NCBI GenBank assembly: GCA_964648195.1
Contig: CAZYLL010000007.1
Span: 64,102 to 128,101, forward strand
From: an uncultured Anaerolineaceae bacterium
GTDB taxonomy: Bacteria > Chloroflexota > Dehalococcoidia > Tepidiformales > Tepidiformaceae
Length of the DNA stretch: 64,000 nucleotides
Direction of reading: 5' to 3'
The notes beneath the pieces are model-generated. The model did not search any database. It was given only the letters and a program-made list of their open reading frames with translations, and was not told where the DNA came from. A program made the position numbers and the translations under genes. Positions within the stretch are counted from its first letter, which is position 1; every line of letters begins with the position of its first letter. Of this stretch, positions 47,388-54,576 are shown one piece after another.

Positions 47388-48401
47388 TTACGCATCGAAG
47401 ACACGCTGCAATTCGTAGGGGACGGCAGCCTCGAACTGGTCGAACGTGCAGGTCCGCGGGGGCTTATCGGTGCGCCAGCGTCTGAAGGTGGCTGCGTGGC
47501 GGAAGCGGTTGTCCTGAAGGTAGTCAAAGGAGACTTCGCAGACGAGTCCGGGGCGGAGGCGCACCCAGGAGAGGTCCTTGCCGCCTGTCCAGCGGCTGGG
47601 GGCGCCGGGGGTTCTTCCCTGGCCGAACGATTCGGCTTCGTCTTCGGAGCGGTAGGGCGCCAGGAAGGCCACCAGGTCGCGTTTTTCGCTGGCGCTGAAG
47701 CTGGAGGTGTGACCGACGTGGTGGAAGAGGCCATCGTCGCTGTAGAGGCCCAGCAGGAGGGAGCCGACCGATTTGCCCTCTTCGCCACGGTGCCAGCGAA
47801 AGCCGCCGACGACGCAATCAGCGGTGCGGAGGTGCTTGATCTTGGCCATGACGCGTTTGCCCGGCTGGTAGGCATCGGAAAGCTTCTTTGCGATGACGCC
47901 ATCGAAGCCGGCGCCTTCGAAGCGTTCGAACCAGTCGAGCGCAACCGCGCGGTCAGCGGTGGCGGGGGTGAGGTAGGCAGGGGGGGAGACGTGTTCGAAG
48001 TAACGCTCGAGGCGGGCGCGGCGCTGGGCAAGGGGGGCCGTGAAAAGGTCGTCGGCGCCATCGCGGAGCATGTCGAAGGCCACAAAGGCGGCAGGCGTTT
48101 CGCGGGCGAGCATGCGGACGCGGGATTCGGCGGGGTGGATGCGCATCTGGAGGGCATCGAAGTCGAGGCCTTTCGGTCCCATGATGACGATTTCGCCGTC
48201 GAGGATGGCGGGGTCAGGGAGGGCGGCGGCGAGGCCGCCGACGAGTTCGGGGAAGTAGCGGGCGAGGGGCTTGAGGTCACGCGACTGGAGGTAAGGCGGC
48301 GAAGCGCCATCGTAGAAGACGATGCAACGGAAGCCATCCCACTTCGGTTCGTAGAGCCAGCCATCGCCCGCGGGGATTCCGGGCGTGAGTTTGGCGAGCA
48401 T
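47388..48401 (-). CDS. ATP-dependent DNA ligase (stand-alone LigD ligase domain / LigC-like)
   Basis: It has MLAKLTP..GWLYEPKWDGFR (adenylation Lys motif), GFDGVIAKK and an OB-fold C-terminus. The start was re-picked at ATG 48401. Confidence 0.88.
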   Translation of the reverse strand: MLAKLTPGIPAGDGWLYEPKWDGFRCIVFYDGASPPYLQSRDLKPLARYFPELVGGLAAALPDPAILDGEIVIMGPKGLDFDALQMRIHPAESRVRMLARETPAAFVAFDMLRDGADDLFTAPLAQRRARLERYFEHVSPPAYLTPATADRAVALDWFERFEGAGFDGVIAKKLSDAYQPGKRVMAKIKHLRTADCVVGGFRWHRGEEGKSVGSLLLGLYSDDGLFHHVGHTSSFSASEKRDLVAFLAPYRSEDEAESFGQGRTPGAPSRWTGGKDLSWVRLRPGLVCEVSFDYLQDNRFRHAATFRRWRTDKPPRTCTFDQFEAAVPYELQRVFDA

Positions 48402-48498
48402 GGGAGCGATGGGGGATGGGGGTTGCGAGCCGGGCACGCAGGGATTGTGGCGTAGCCAGAAGCGAGTTGCGAGTTTGCCTCTCTCGCAAGCGCGAAGG

Positions 48499-48969
48499 CT
48501 ACTTGTCGGAGGAGACGGCAGGGAGGCGGAGGCAGTGCTCGCTCTTGCGGCAGAGTGGGACGGGGGGCTGGAGGTTGGGGTCGGGGATGCACTGGGGGTC
48601 CCAGGTCTGGACGAAAACGGGAGTGATGACGGTGCCCTTGAGGGCGGGATCGAAGGCGTCGACGAAGGTGGTGGAACCGCCGTATTCGATCCGGAGGGCG
48701 TTGGATACCTCTCCGCTCTCAAGGACGCCCGTATCGAAGAAAGGTGGGTCTTCGGGGAAAAGGCTCGGGATGATGATGCGGCGGGGCTGGTTGCCGGCGT
48801 TCTTGAAGCGGACGTACTCGCGGTTCATGCGGCAGATCGGGGGGTTGAAGCCGGCCTCGCTGACCTCGATGGTCTGGACTTCGTAGGCGCGCGGGGCCAA
48901 CGGCGGCGCGAGCGCCTGGGCCAGCAGGGCCAATGCGCAAAGGGGGAGGAAGATGCGGCGAGCAGACAC
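48499..48969 (-). CDS. secreted hypothetical protein
   Basis: It has a GTG start and a signal peptide MSARRIFLPLCALALLAQALA, and the mature part of ~130 aa contains 4 Cys. I recognise no family. Confidence 0.55.
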   Translation of the reverse strand: MSARRIFLPLCALALLAQALAPPLAPRAYEVQTIEVSEAGFNPPICRMNREYVRFKNAGNQPRRIIIPSLFPEDPPFFDTGVLESGEVSNALRIEYGGSTTFVDAFDPALKGTVITPVFVQTWDPQCIPDPNLQPPVPLCRKSEHCLRLPAVSSDK

Positions 48970-49010
48970 GTGCGAAGCCTACGGGGCTGCCGGGCTTTCC
49001 GCACGTGCGG

Positions 49011-49396
49011 GGACAAGCAAACAGGCCCCGGTAACTCGCGGGGCCTGTTGGTTTTCGAACTCCTCCACCGGGTACCGGGCGGTGCGCCGGTGGAGAGTGG
49101 CCGCTGGTTGGTGGGGGCTCTTTCGTATCCAGTGCCGCTCCTTGGAGGAGCGATCCGGGTCGCGCCTGCTTCGTGCAGGGCTTCGTGCGACCGGGCATCA
49201 CCAGTGAGGACTCTTGGGATACGCGCCCTCAGCGGCCGCCGTGCCTGGCCTGCCTGGTGCAGGCCTCATTTCTGCACAATGAAGACTCCGTAGACGGCGT
49301 GCAGCTTGCTTCGCATACGCTTACCTCCGTCCAGATGGCGACTTGCCCGGGTTCCGCTCCCTCTTCAGGAGCGGGGGCTTCGTCGCAGGTCTCACC
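49011..49396 (-). ncRNA. candidate structured non-coding RNA or long riboswitch-type leader (class unassigned)
   Basis: This is about 380 nt with no credible ORF. It is bounded by a near-consensus promoter and a terminator. Several perfect local hairpins are present (CCGCUCC/GGAGCGG, GGCCUGC/GCAGGCC, CGCUCC/GGAGCG). Confidence 0.45.
49020..49049 (-). terminator. intrinsic-terminator-like hairpin
   Basis: A 10-11 bp GC-rich stem aacaggcccc/ggggcctgtt is followed on the minus strand by TTTGCTTGT. On the plus strand it is followed by GGTTTTCG, so it may work in both directions. Confidence 0.6.
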
Positions 49397-49400
49397 AGTC

Positions 49401-49428
49401 ACATTACTCCGGCGGGGAGGGTTGTCAA
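49401..49428 (-). promoter_or_regulatory. sigma70-like promoter, TTGACA-16 nt-TAATGT
   Basis: The minus strand reads cTTGACAaccctccccgccggagTAATGTgactgg. Confidence 0.55.
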
Positions 49429-49467
49429 GGGGTTTTGGTGGAAGGTAAACGCAAGAAAATCGCAGGC

Positions 49468-49890
49468 TCAGCGGCGGATGGTGCGGAGGGTGAGGAGGTG
49501 CACGGAGACGGCGATTGCGATGGCGAAAAGGGTCAGGCGTACCCAGTGGCTCTCGATGAGGAAGTACTCGGTGACGCCAATGCCGAGCCATAGGGAGCCG
49601 ACGGAGTAGGCCTTGGCGGCGATCGTCGCGCCCTTCTCTTCACGGTATTCGCGCAGGGGCTTGCCAAACCAGCGGTTCGTCGTCAGCCATCGGTAGGCGC
49701 CGGGCGAGCTCTTGCCGTAGCAGCCGGCAGCCAGGAGGAAAAAGACCGTCGAAGGGAGGAGGGGGAGGAAGATCCCGAGGATACCGATGCCAACAAGAAG
49801 GCTGCCCAGGGCGATGAACAGCCAGCGGACCAGGCGGTGGCGGCTGGGCGGCCGGAGCCCGAGGGAGGATGAACTTCCCAAATCTTTCAT
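49468..49890 (-). CDS. DUF454/YbaN family inner membrane protein
   Basis: It has [43 protein letters not shown]. The start was re-picked at MKDLGSS. Confidence 0.75.
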   Translation of the reverse strand: MKDLGSSSSLGLRPPSRHRLVRWLFIALGSLLVGIGILGIFLPLLPSTVFFLLAAGCYGKSSPGAYRWLTTNRWFGKPLREYREEKGATIAAKAYSVGSLWLGIGVTEYFLIESHWVRLTLFAIAIAVSVHLLTLRTIRR

Positions 49891-50010
49891 TTCGGTGATG
49901 GAGGTCTCCGTCACGGCAGATTCAGTATGCCACGGCAGAGAGGGGGATGCGAGTGCCATTCGGGACGGGGAGCGGAGCCGGGAGCGGGCCCGCGGACGTA
50001 CAATCCGGGC

Positions 50011-50754
50011 ATGACCTACACGCTTGTTTTGCTCCGCCACGGTGAGAGCACGTGGAACCAGGAGAACCGGTTCACCGGTTGGACCGATGTCCCGCTGAAT
50101 GAGAAGGGCCTTGCAGAGGCGCGCGAGGCGGGCAGGATGATGCTGGAGGAGGGGCTGCGCTTTGATGTGGTGCACACCTCACTGCTCCGGCGGGCGATCG
50201 CGACGACCCAGATCGCGCTGGATGTGATGGATCAGCACTGGTTGCCGGTGCGGCGGTCGTGGCGGCTGAACGAACGGCACTACGGGGCGCTCCAGGGCCT
50301 GAACAAGAAGGAGACCTCGGAACGGTACGGGCCGGAGCAGGTGTTCGCCTGGCGGCGCGGATACGATACGCCACCTCCACCCCTGTCCCTGGACGATACC
50401 CGGCATCCGCGCCACGACGCTCGCTATGCCGCCCTCGCGCCTGACCTGGTGCCGGCGACGGAATGCCTGAAGGATGTGGTCGGGCGGATGTTGCCGTACT
50501 GGTACGACGCGATCGTGCCGGACCTGCGAGCGGGGATGCGGGTGCTGATCGGGGCGCATGGGAACAGCCTGCGGGCGCTGGTGAAGCACCTCGACGGGAT
50601 CAGCGACGAGGACATCCCGGAGCTGAACATTCCCACCGGCATCCCGCTGGTGTACGAGCTGGGCGAGGACCTGCGGCCGGTCTGGTCGCGGTACCTTGGC
50701 GACCCGGAGGCGGCGCGCGCAGCGGCTGAGGCGGTGGCCAGGCAGGCCGGGTAG
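50011..50754 (+). CDS. gpmA: 2,3-bisphosphoglycerate-dependent phosphoglycerate mutase
   Basis: It has [20 protein letters not shown] (catalytic His), [11 protein letters not shown] and [10 protein letters not shown]. Confidence 0.93.
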   Translation: MTYTLVLLRHGESTWNQENRFTGWTDVPLNEKGLAEAREAGRMMLEEGLRFDVVHTSLLRRAIATTQIALDVMDQHWLPVRRSWRLNERHYGALQGLNKKETSERYGPEQVFAWRRGYDTPPPPLSLDDTRHPRHDARYAALAPDLVPATECLKDVVGRMLPYWYDAIVPDLRAGMRVLIGAHGNSLRALVKHLDGISDEDIPELNIPTGIPLVYELGEDLRPVWSRYLGDPEAARAAAEAVARQAG

Positions 50755-50821
50755 AAAAGACGGGGGCCGGGCAAGAATGCCCGGCCCTGGAAGTCCAACA
50801 GGTTGTGCCTGACCGGCTGGC

Positions 50822-51838
50822 TCATCGCATCGGCGTGGCGGTCGCCATTCCGGTGCCCATGTTCATGCCCGAATCGGAGCCTGGTTTGGCAGCAGCCATG
50901 ATGGTCACCTCTCCGGCCTTTTCGAACGTCAGGGTGATCGGCACCACCTGGCCTTCGGTCACCGGGGCCTTCAGGTCCATCAGCATGATGTGGAAGCCAC
51001 CGGGCTTGAGTTCGAGCATGCCGTTGGCGGGGATGGGGAAGCCGCCTGCCTTCTCCTGCATCTTCGAGGTCGAGCCTTCGGTGATCACTTCGTGGAGCTG
51101 GACGGTAGCCGTCAGGGGGGTGCTGGCCTTGATGAGCCTGTCGGCAACGCCGGTGTTTTTCACGACCAGGTAGGCGGCGGTGACGTTGTTCGTGGTGGTG
51201 CGGACCCATTGGCCTGTGATGGTCAACGAACCCAACGTCACGTCTTTGGGCATGCCAGACATCGCGGTCGTGGCGGTGGCGGCAGGGGTGGTCGAGGAGC
51301 TCATGCTGCCGTGATCCATTCCGCTCATGTCGGGCGCGGCCTTCACCGGGGCATCGATAGTGATTTCGCCGGCCTTTTCGAACGTGAGGGTCAGCGAGAC
51401 GGTCTCGCCCACGGCGATGGGCGCCTTGAGGCCCATGAGCATGATATGGAAGCCACCGGGCTTGAGTTCGAGCGTGCCGTTTGCCGGGACGGGGAAGCCG
51501 CCAGGTTTCTCTTGCATCTTCGAGCTGGAGCCTTCGGTGATGACTTCGTGCAGCTGGACGGTGCTGGTGAGCGGCGTGGCCGCCTTGATGAGGGTATCGG
51601 CGGCGCCGGAGTTGTGGACGGTGAGGTAGGCGGCGGAAACGTCGTTGGTGGTGGGGCGGACCCACTGGCCGGAGATGGTCAGCTTGCCAAGCCTGGCGCC
51701 ATCGGTCATGGCCGGGGTGGAATCGCCACGGGCGTCGTCGTCATCGTCGTCACCGCAGGCGACGGCGACGAGGGGGAGGGAGAGCGCAAGGATGAGGAGG
51801 AACGCGGCAAGCGGGCCGCGCCGGAGGAGGTGTGTCAC
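50822..51838 (-). CDS. copper chaperone PCu(A)C, tandem two-domain fusion (lipoprotein)
   Basis: It carries two copies of the PCuAC pattern ISGQWVR..AAYL.V.N.G...D.LI.A.TP....VQLHEV......KMQE......PANG.LELKPGGFHIMLM.LK. The likely start is GTG at 51838, overlapping the SCO stop. The lipobox is LVAVAC. Confidence 0.85.
   Translation of the reverse strand: MTHLLRRGPLAAFLLILALSLPLVAVACGDDDDDDARGDSTPAMTDGARLGKLTISGQWVRPTTNDVSAAYLTVHNSGAADTLIKAATPLTSTVQLHEVITEGSSSKMQEKPGGFPVPANGTLELKPGGFHIMLMGLKAPIAVGETVSLTLTFEKAGEITIDAPVKAAPDMSGMDHGSMSSSTTPAATATTAMSGMPKDVTLGSLTITGQWVRTTTNNVTAAYLVVKNTGVADRLIKASTPLTATVQLHEVITEGSTSKMQEKAGGFPIPANGMLELKPGGFHIMLMDLKAPVTEGQVVPITLTFEKAGEVTIMAAAKPGSDSGMNMGTGMATATPMR
50913..51226 (-). 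repeat. intragenic direct repeat, copy 1 (second PCuAC domain of the protein)
   Basis: About 314 nt are clearly alignable with 51369-51682 at a constant 456-nt offset. Long identical runs include ccggccttttcgaacgt and atggaagccaccgggcttgagttcgagc. Confidence 0.8.
51369..51682 (-). repeat. intragenic direct repeat, copy 2 (first PCuAC domain of the protein)
   Basis: See copy 1 at 50913-51226. Confidence 0.8.
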
Positions 51839-52488
51839 TTTGGTTGATATCCCTTTTTCACGAGGAGTGGAAGGTCGTTGAGCCATTCGGCCTGGCCCAT
51901 CCCGGAGGGGTAGACCAAGTAGGCGATGCGGTCGGGGGTGAAGGCCATGACGTAGGCGGCGTGGTTGACCGCGTAGTTGCCACCGCCAAGGTCGGTACGG
52001 GTGGCGGGCTCGAGGCCGAGGGCACGCTGGAAGTCATCCATGAGCTCCCGGGGGCCGGTGAGCCCGACAAAGTTCTCGTCGAAGGTATCGAGGTACTTCT
52101 TCAGCACCTCCGGGGTGTCGCGTTCGGGGTCGGCGGTCGCAAAGACGACCTTGACCTTGCCCGATACATCCGCGGGGAGCTTCTTGAGTGCCTCGCTGAT
52201 TTCGTAGAGGTGGGTTGGGCAGATGTCGGGGCAATGGGTGTACCCGACATAGAGAAGGGTGACGAAGCCCTCGGTCTCCTCCTGGAGGTCGTACTTCTCG
52301 CCGTTCTCATCGAGGAGGACCGCATCGGGCATCTCAATTGGAGGAGCGACGGTGGCGCCCATGTAGGAGGCGCCGCCGCTGGCCGGGCTGCCGCTGTCGC
52401 TGTCGCCGTTACCGCCACAGGCGGTGAGAACGAAGGCTGCAGCCAGGACGCCGAAGGCGAGGGCGGCAGAACGGGCGATTGTGTGCAT
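51835..52488 (-). CDS. SCO1/SenC family copper chaperone (lipoprotein)
   Basis: It has the lipobox LTAC and the thioredoxin-fold Cu site YVGYTHCPDICP. The start was re-picked at MHTIARS (ATG 52488). Confidence 0.88.
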   Translation of the reverse strand: MHTIARSAALAFGVLAAAFVLTACGGNGDSDSGSPASGGASYMGATVAPPIEMPDAVLLDENGEKYDLQEETEGFVTLLYVGYTHCPDICPTHLYEISEALKKLPADVSGKVKVVFATADPERDTPEVLKKYLDTFDENFVGLTGPRELMDDFQRALGLEPATRTDLGGGNYAVNHAAYVMAFTPDRIAYLVYPSGMGQAEWLNDLPLLVKKGYQPK

Positions 52489-52609
52489 GAGTAACTCCAG
52501 AGGGTGTCGCTGCCCGGGCGCGGGAGCCCGGGCAGCGGGCGGGAACCACCGATCGTGATGATCTTCACAGATCATACACCCGCAGGTGAGGGGCGGATGG
52601 GCCTTGCGT

Positions 52610-52641
52610 GGCCAGCGCGGCCGGCGCCGGCCGCGCTGGCC
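52610..52641. repeat. perfect 32-bp GC-rich palindrome
   Basis: GGCCAGCGCGGCCGGCGCCGGCCGCGCTGGCC equals its own reverse complement. It lies between the lipoprotein gene stop (52649) and the SCO start (52488). A second hairpin gctgcccggg/cccgggcagc lies at 52509-52536. Confidence 0.8.
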
Positions 52642-52648
52642 ATGCACC

Positions 52649-53131
52649 TCAATGGGTATGACCATCGCCGCCATGGGCCAGCCCAGCAGCCTCGTAAAGG
52701 TAGTCCCACACCGCTCCAGAAAAGTCGTGCTGGGCGACGTGGACCTTCGTCGAGAGCTCGCCGACCCGGGCCATGTCGGGGGATTCGGCATCGAGGACTT
52801 CGGCGAATTCGCCGAAGAGCGCCGCGAGCGAATCGGCCCGGGCCTCGAGGTCATCGTTGGGCCAGTGTGTGAGCTTGACGAGCGCCTGCATGCGGACCGT
52901 GGTGGTCCTCGCAGTCGCCGGGATCTTCTTTTCCTGCTGAATGGCATCATCGATTTCGTGGAAGCCGGCGGCATCGAGGATGCTGATTGCGGTGAGGACG
53001 GTTGCGTCGCCGGAGGGGGAATCACCGGCGCCGTCGTCACCGCAGGCAGCCGCGGCAAGCAGGGCGATCGCGGAGAGAGCGGCGAGCGCCATGAGCGCCA
53101 GCGGGCGCGAGAGGATCCTGGTCATATCCAT
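52649..53131 (-). CDS. lipoprotein with His-rich C-terminus (hypothetical, possible metal binding)
   Basis: It has a signal peptide plus lipobox LLAAAACG, a helical body and a C-terminal HGGDGHTH. The start is 53131 or 53125. Confidence 0.5.
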   Translation of the reverse strand: MDMTRILSRPLALMALAALSAIALLAAAACGDDGAGDSPSGDATVLTAISILDAAGFHEIDDAIQQEKKIPATARTTTVRMQALVKLTHWPNDDLEARADSLAALFGEFAEVLDAESPDMARVGELSTKVHVAQHDFSGAVWDYLYEAAGLAHGGDGHTH

Positions 53132-53193
53132 GTTCCTTGTGAGCTGGGAGGCGAGACGCCTCGTGCGCGAGCGAACAACGCTCGCGGGGCACA

Positions 53194-53634
53194 TCAGCAA
53201 GCGCGGGAAAGGGCTCGCGGCGGCTCCAGCTCTGGGGAAGGGGTAAAGCCCTCACCCGGGTTCCACCAGCGAAGGGCGAGAAGGAGAAAGATCCCGGAAG
53301 CACCGAGAAGGGTGACGAACTCATTCAGGATGGCGAATGTGACACCGGCGGAGGCGGGAGCATCGCTGCAGGAGCCAGCGTCGGCGTGGCAGTGGCGGGA
53401 GTGGTCGTGGCCGTCGTCCTCGCCCGAGGCGGGAGCGGCGCCGGGGAGCGCGAGGTAGTACGCGGTGCCGGGGATCGGCAGTTCGGCGGGCCAGTGGCCG
53501 AAGAAGGTCAGGGTCGGCAGCAGCGCGAAGGCCAGGATGAAGGAGGCGCGGCGCCGGCCCGCCACAGAGGAAAGGCGAACTCCCACGCGCGAAGGATAAC
53601 ACCGGGTGCGCGATAGCGGTGAGACAAAGGTCAC
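53194..53634 (-). CDS. membrane protein with a His/Cys-rich loop (hypothetical)
   Basis: Two hydrophobic helices flank GEDDGHDHSRHCHADAGSCSD. The start is uncertain. Confidence 0.4.
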   Translation of the reverse strand: MTFVSPLSRTRCYPSRVGVRLSSVAGRRRASFILAFALLPTLTFFGHWPAELPIPGTAYYLALPGAAPASGEDDGHDHSRHCHADAGSCSDAPASAGVTFAILNEFVTLLGASGIFLLLALRWWNPGEGFTPSPELEPPRALSRAC

Positions 53635-53699
53635 AAGATCCGGAGAGGCCGGGTTCCGCTACACTCGGCAGCCACCACCGGTTGGACGAGGGCAGAAGC

Positions 53700-54548
53700 A
53701 TGCGAGACTTGCGAGGCAGGACAGCAATCGTAACTGGCGCATCGCGCGGACTGGGACAGTACATCGCGCGGGCGCTGGCAGCGGAGGGGGTGAACCTTTC
53801 GCTCGCGGCGCGTTCGGCGAGCGAGCTGGAGCGGGTCGCGGACGAGATGCGTGCCCTGGGCGTGCGCGCTATTGCGGTGCCCGGGGATGTGACCTCGGCA
53901 GCGGACCGCGCGCGGCTCGTCGAGGCGACGCTGGCAGAGTTCGGGCGGGTCGACATCCTGGTGAACAACGCCGGGATCGAGGTGACGGCGCACTTCGAGC
54001 GGCAGAGCGAGGAAGAGCTGGCGCGGACGATCGAGGTGAACCTGACGTCGGCGATCCTCCTGACGCGGCAGGTGGTCCCCGTGATGCTGGAACGAAATGC
54101 CGGGCATGTGGTGAACATGGCATCGCTGGCGGGGAAGGTGCCGGTGCCGTACAGCGTGCCCTACGCGGCTTCGAAGGCCGGGCTCATCGGGTTCACCGAG
54201 TCGTTCCGGAACGAGTTCAGGAAGCGCGGGGTGAGCGCAAGCGTGGTCTGCCCGGGGCTGGTCTCGGAAGCGGGCATGTATGTGCAGATGCAGCAGGACG
54301 CGGGCGTGAAGGAGAACTTCCTGGCCGGGACGGTGACCCCGGGGAAGGTTGCCTCGGACGTGGTGAAGGCGATCAAGCGGGACAGGCCGGAGTTGCTGGT
54401 GTACCGGGGGCCGGGCCGGCTGGTGAGCGCCTTTGCGGAGGCCGCGCCGGGTGTGTTCGAGCGGGTGTTCCCGGTATTCGGGACATTCACGCTGTTCCGG
54501 AAGATCGCCGACGCGAGGGAGAAGCGGGGGGAGAAGGCCGGCGGATGA
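53700..54548 (+). CDS. SDR family oxidoreductase
   Basis: It has TGASRGLG (TGxxxGxG), NNAG and YAASK (YxxxK). Confidence 0.88.
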   Translation: MRDLRGRTAIVTGASRGLGQYIARALAAEGVNLSLAARSASELERVADEMRALGVRAIAVPGDVTSAADRARLVEATLAEFGRVDILVNNAGIEVTAHFERQSEEELARTIEVNLTSAILLTRQVVPVMLERNAGHVVNMASLAGKVPVPYSVPYAASKAGLIGFTESFRNEFRKRGVSASVVCPGLVSEAGMYVQMQQDAGVKENFLAGTVTPGKVASDVVKAIKRDRPELLVYRGPGRLVSAFAEAAPGVFERVFPVFGTFTLFRKIADAREKRGEKAGG

Positions 54549-54576
54549 AGGGAACTCCCGGTGTCCCCATGAGGCG

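Noticed and set aside
49048-49066. A tRNA-like T-loop string, ggttttcgaactcc.
   Set aside because: No flanking acceptor, D or anticodon arms can be drawn, and the string is part of the terminator-proximal sequence. I found no tRNA-like GGTTCGAATCC-type T-arm with a cloverleaf context anywhere in the window.
49011-49428. Assigning the structured non-coding region to RNase P RNA, tmRNA or SRP RNA.
   Set aside because: I could not find the RNase P P4 strings (GAGGAAAGUCCGGGC / ACAGAACCCGGCUUA). I could not find a tRNA-like tmRNA end (T-arm GGGGGUUCGAxUCCCCC followed by ..CCACCA) or a tag ORF ending in ..ALAA-stop. I could not find the SRP helix-8 GGAA tetraloop with GGAAGCAGC on either strand. 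The class is therefore left open rather than guessed.
51834-51886. An apparent 1-nt disagreement between my hand-indexed positions and the ORF-track coordinates around the SCO stop and PCuAC start.
   Set aside because: This is most likely my counting error. Translations are consistent with the track on both sides, so I kept the track frames. I flag only that hand-indexed motif coordinates may be off by 1-2 nt.
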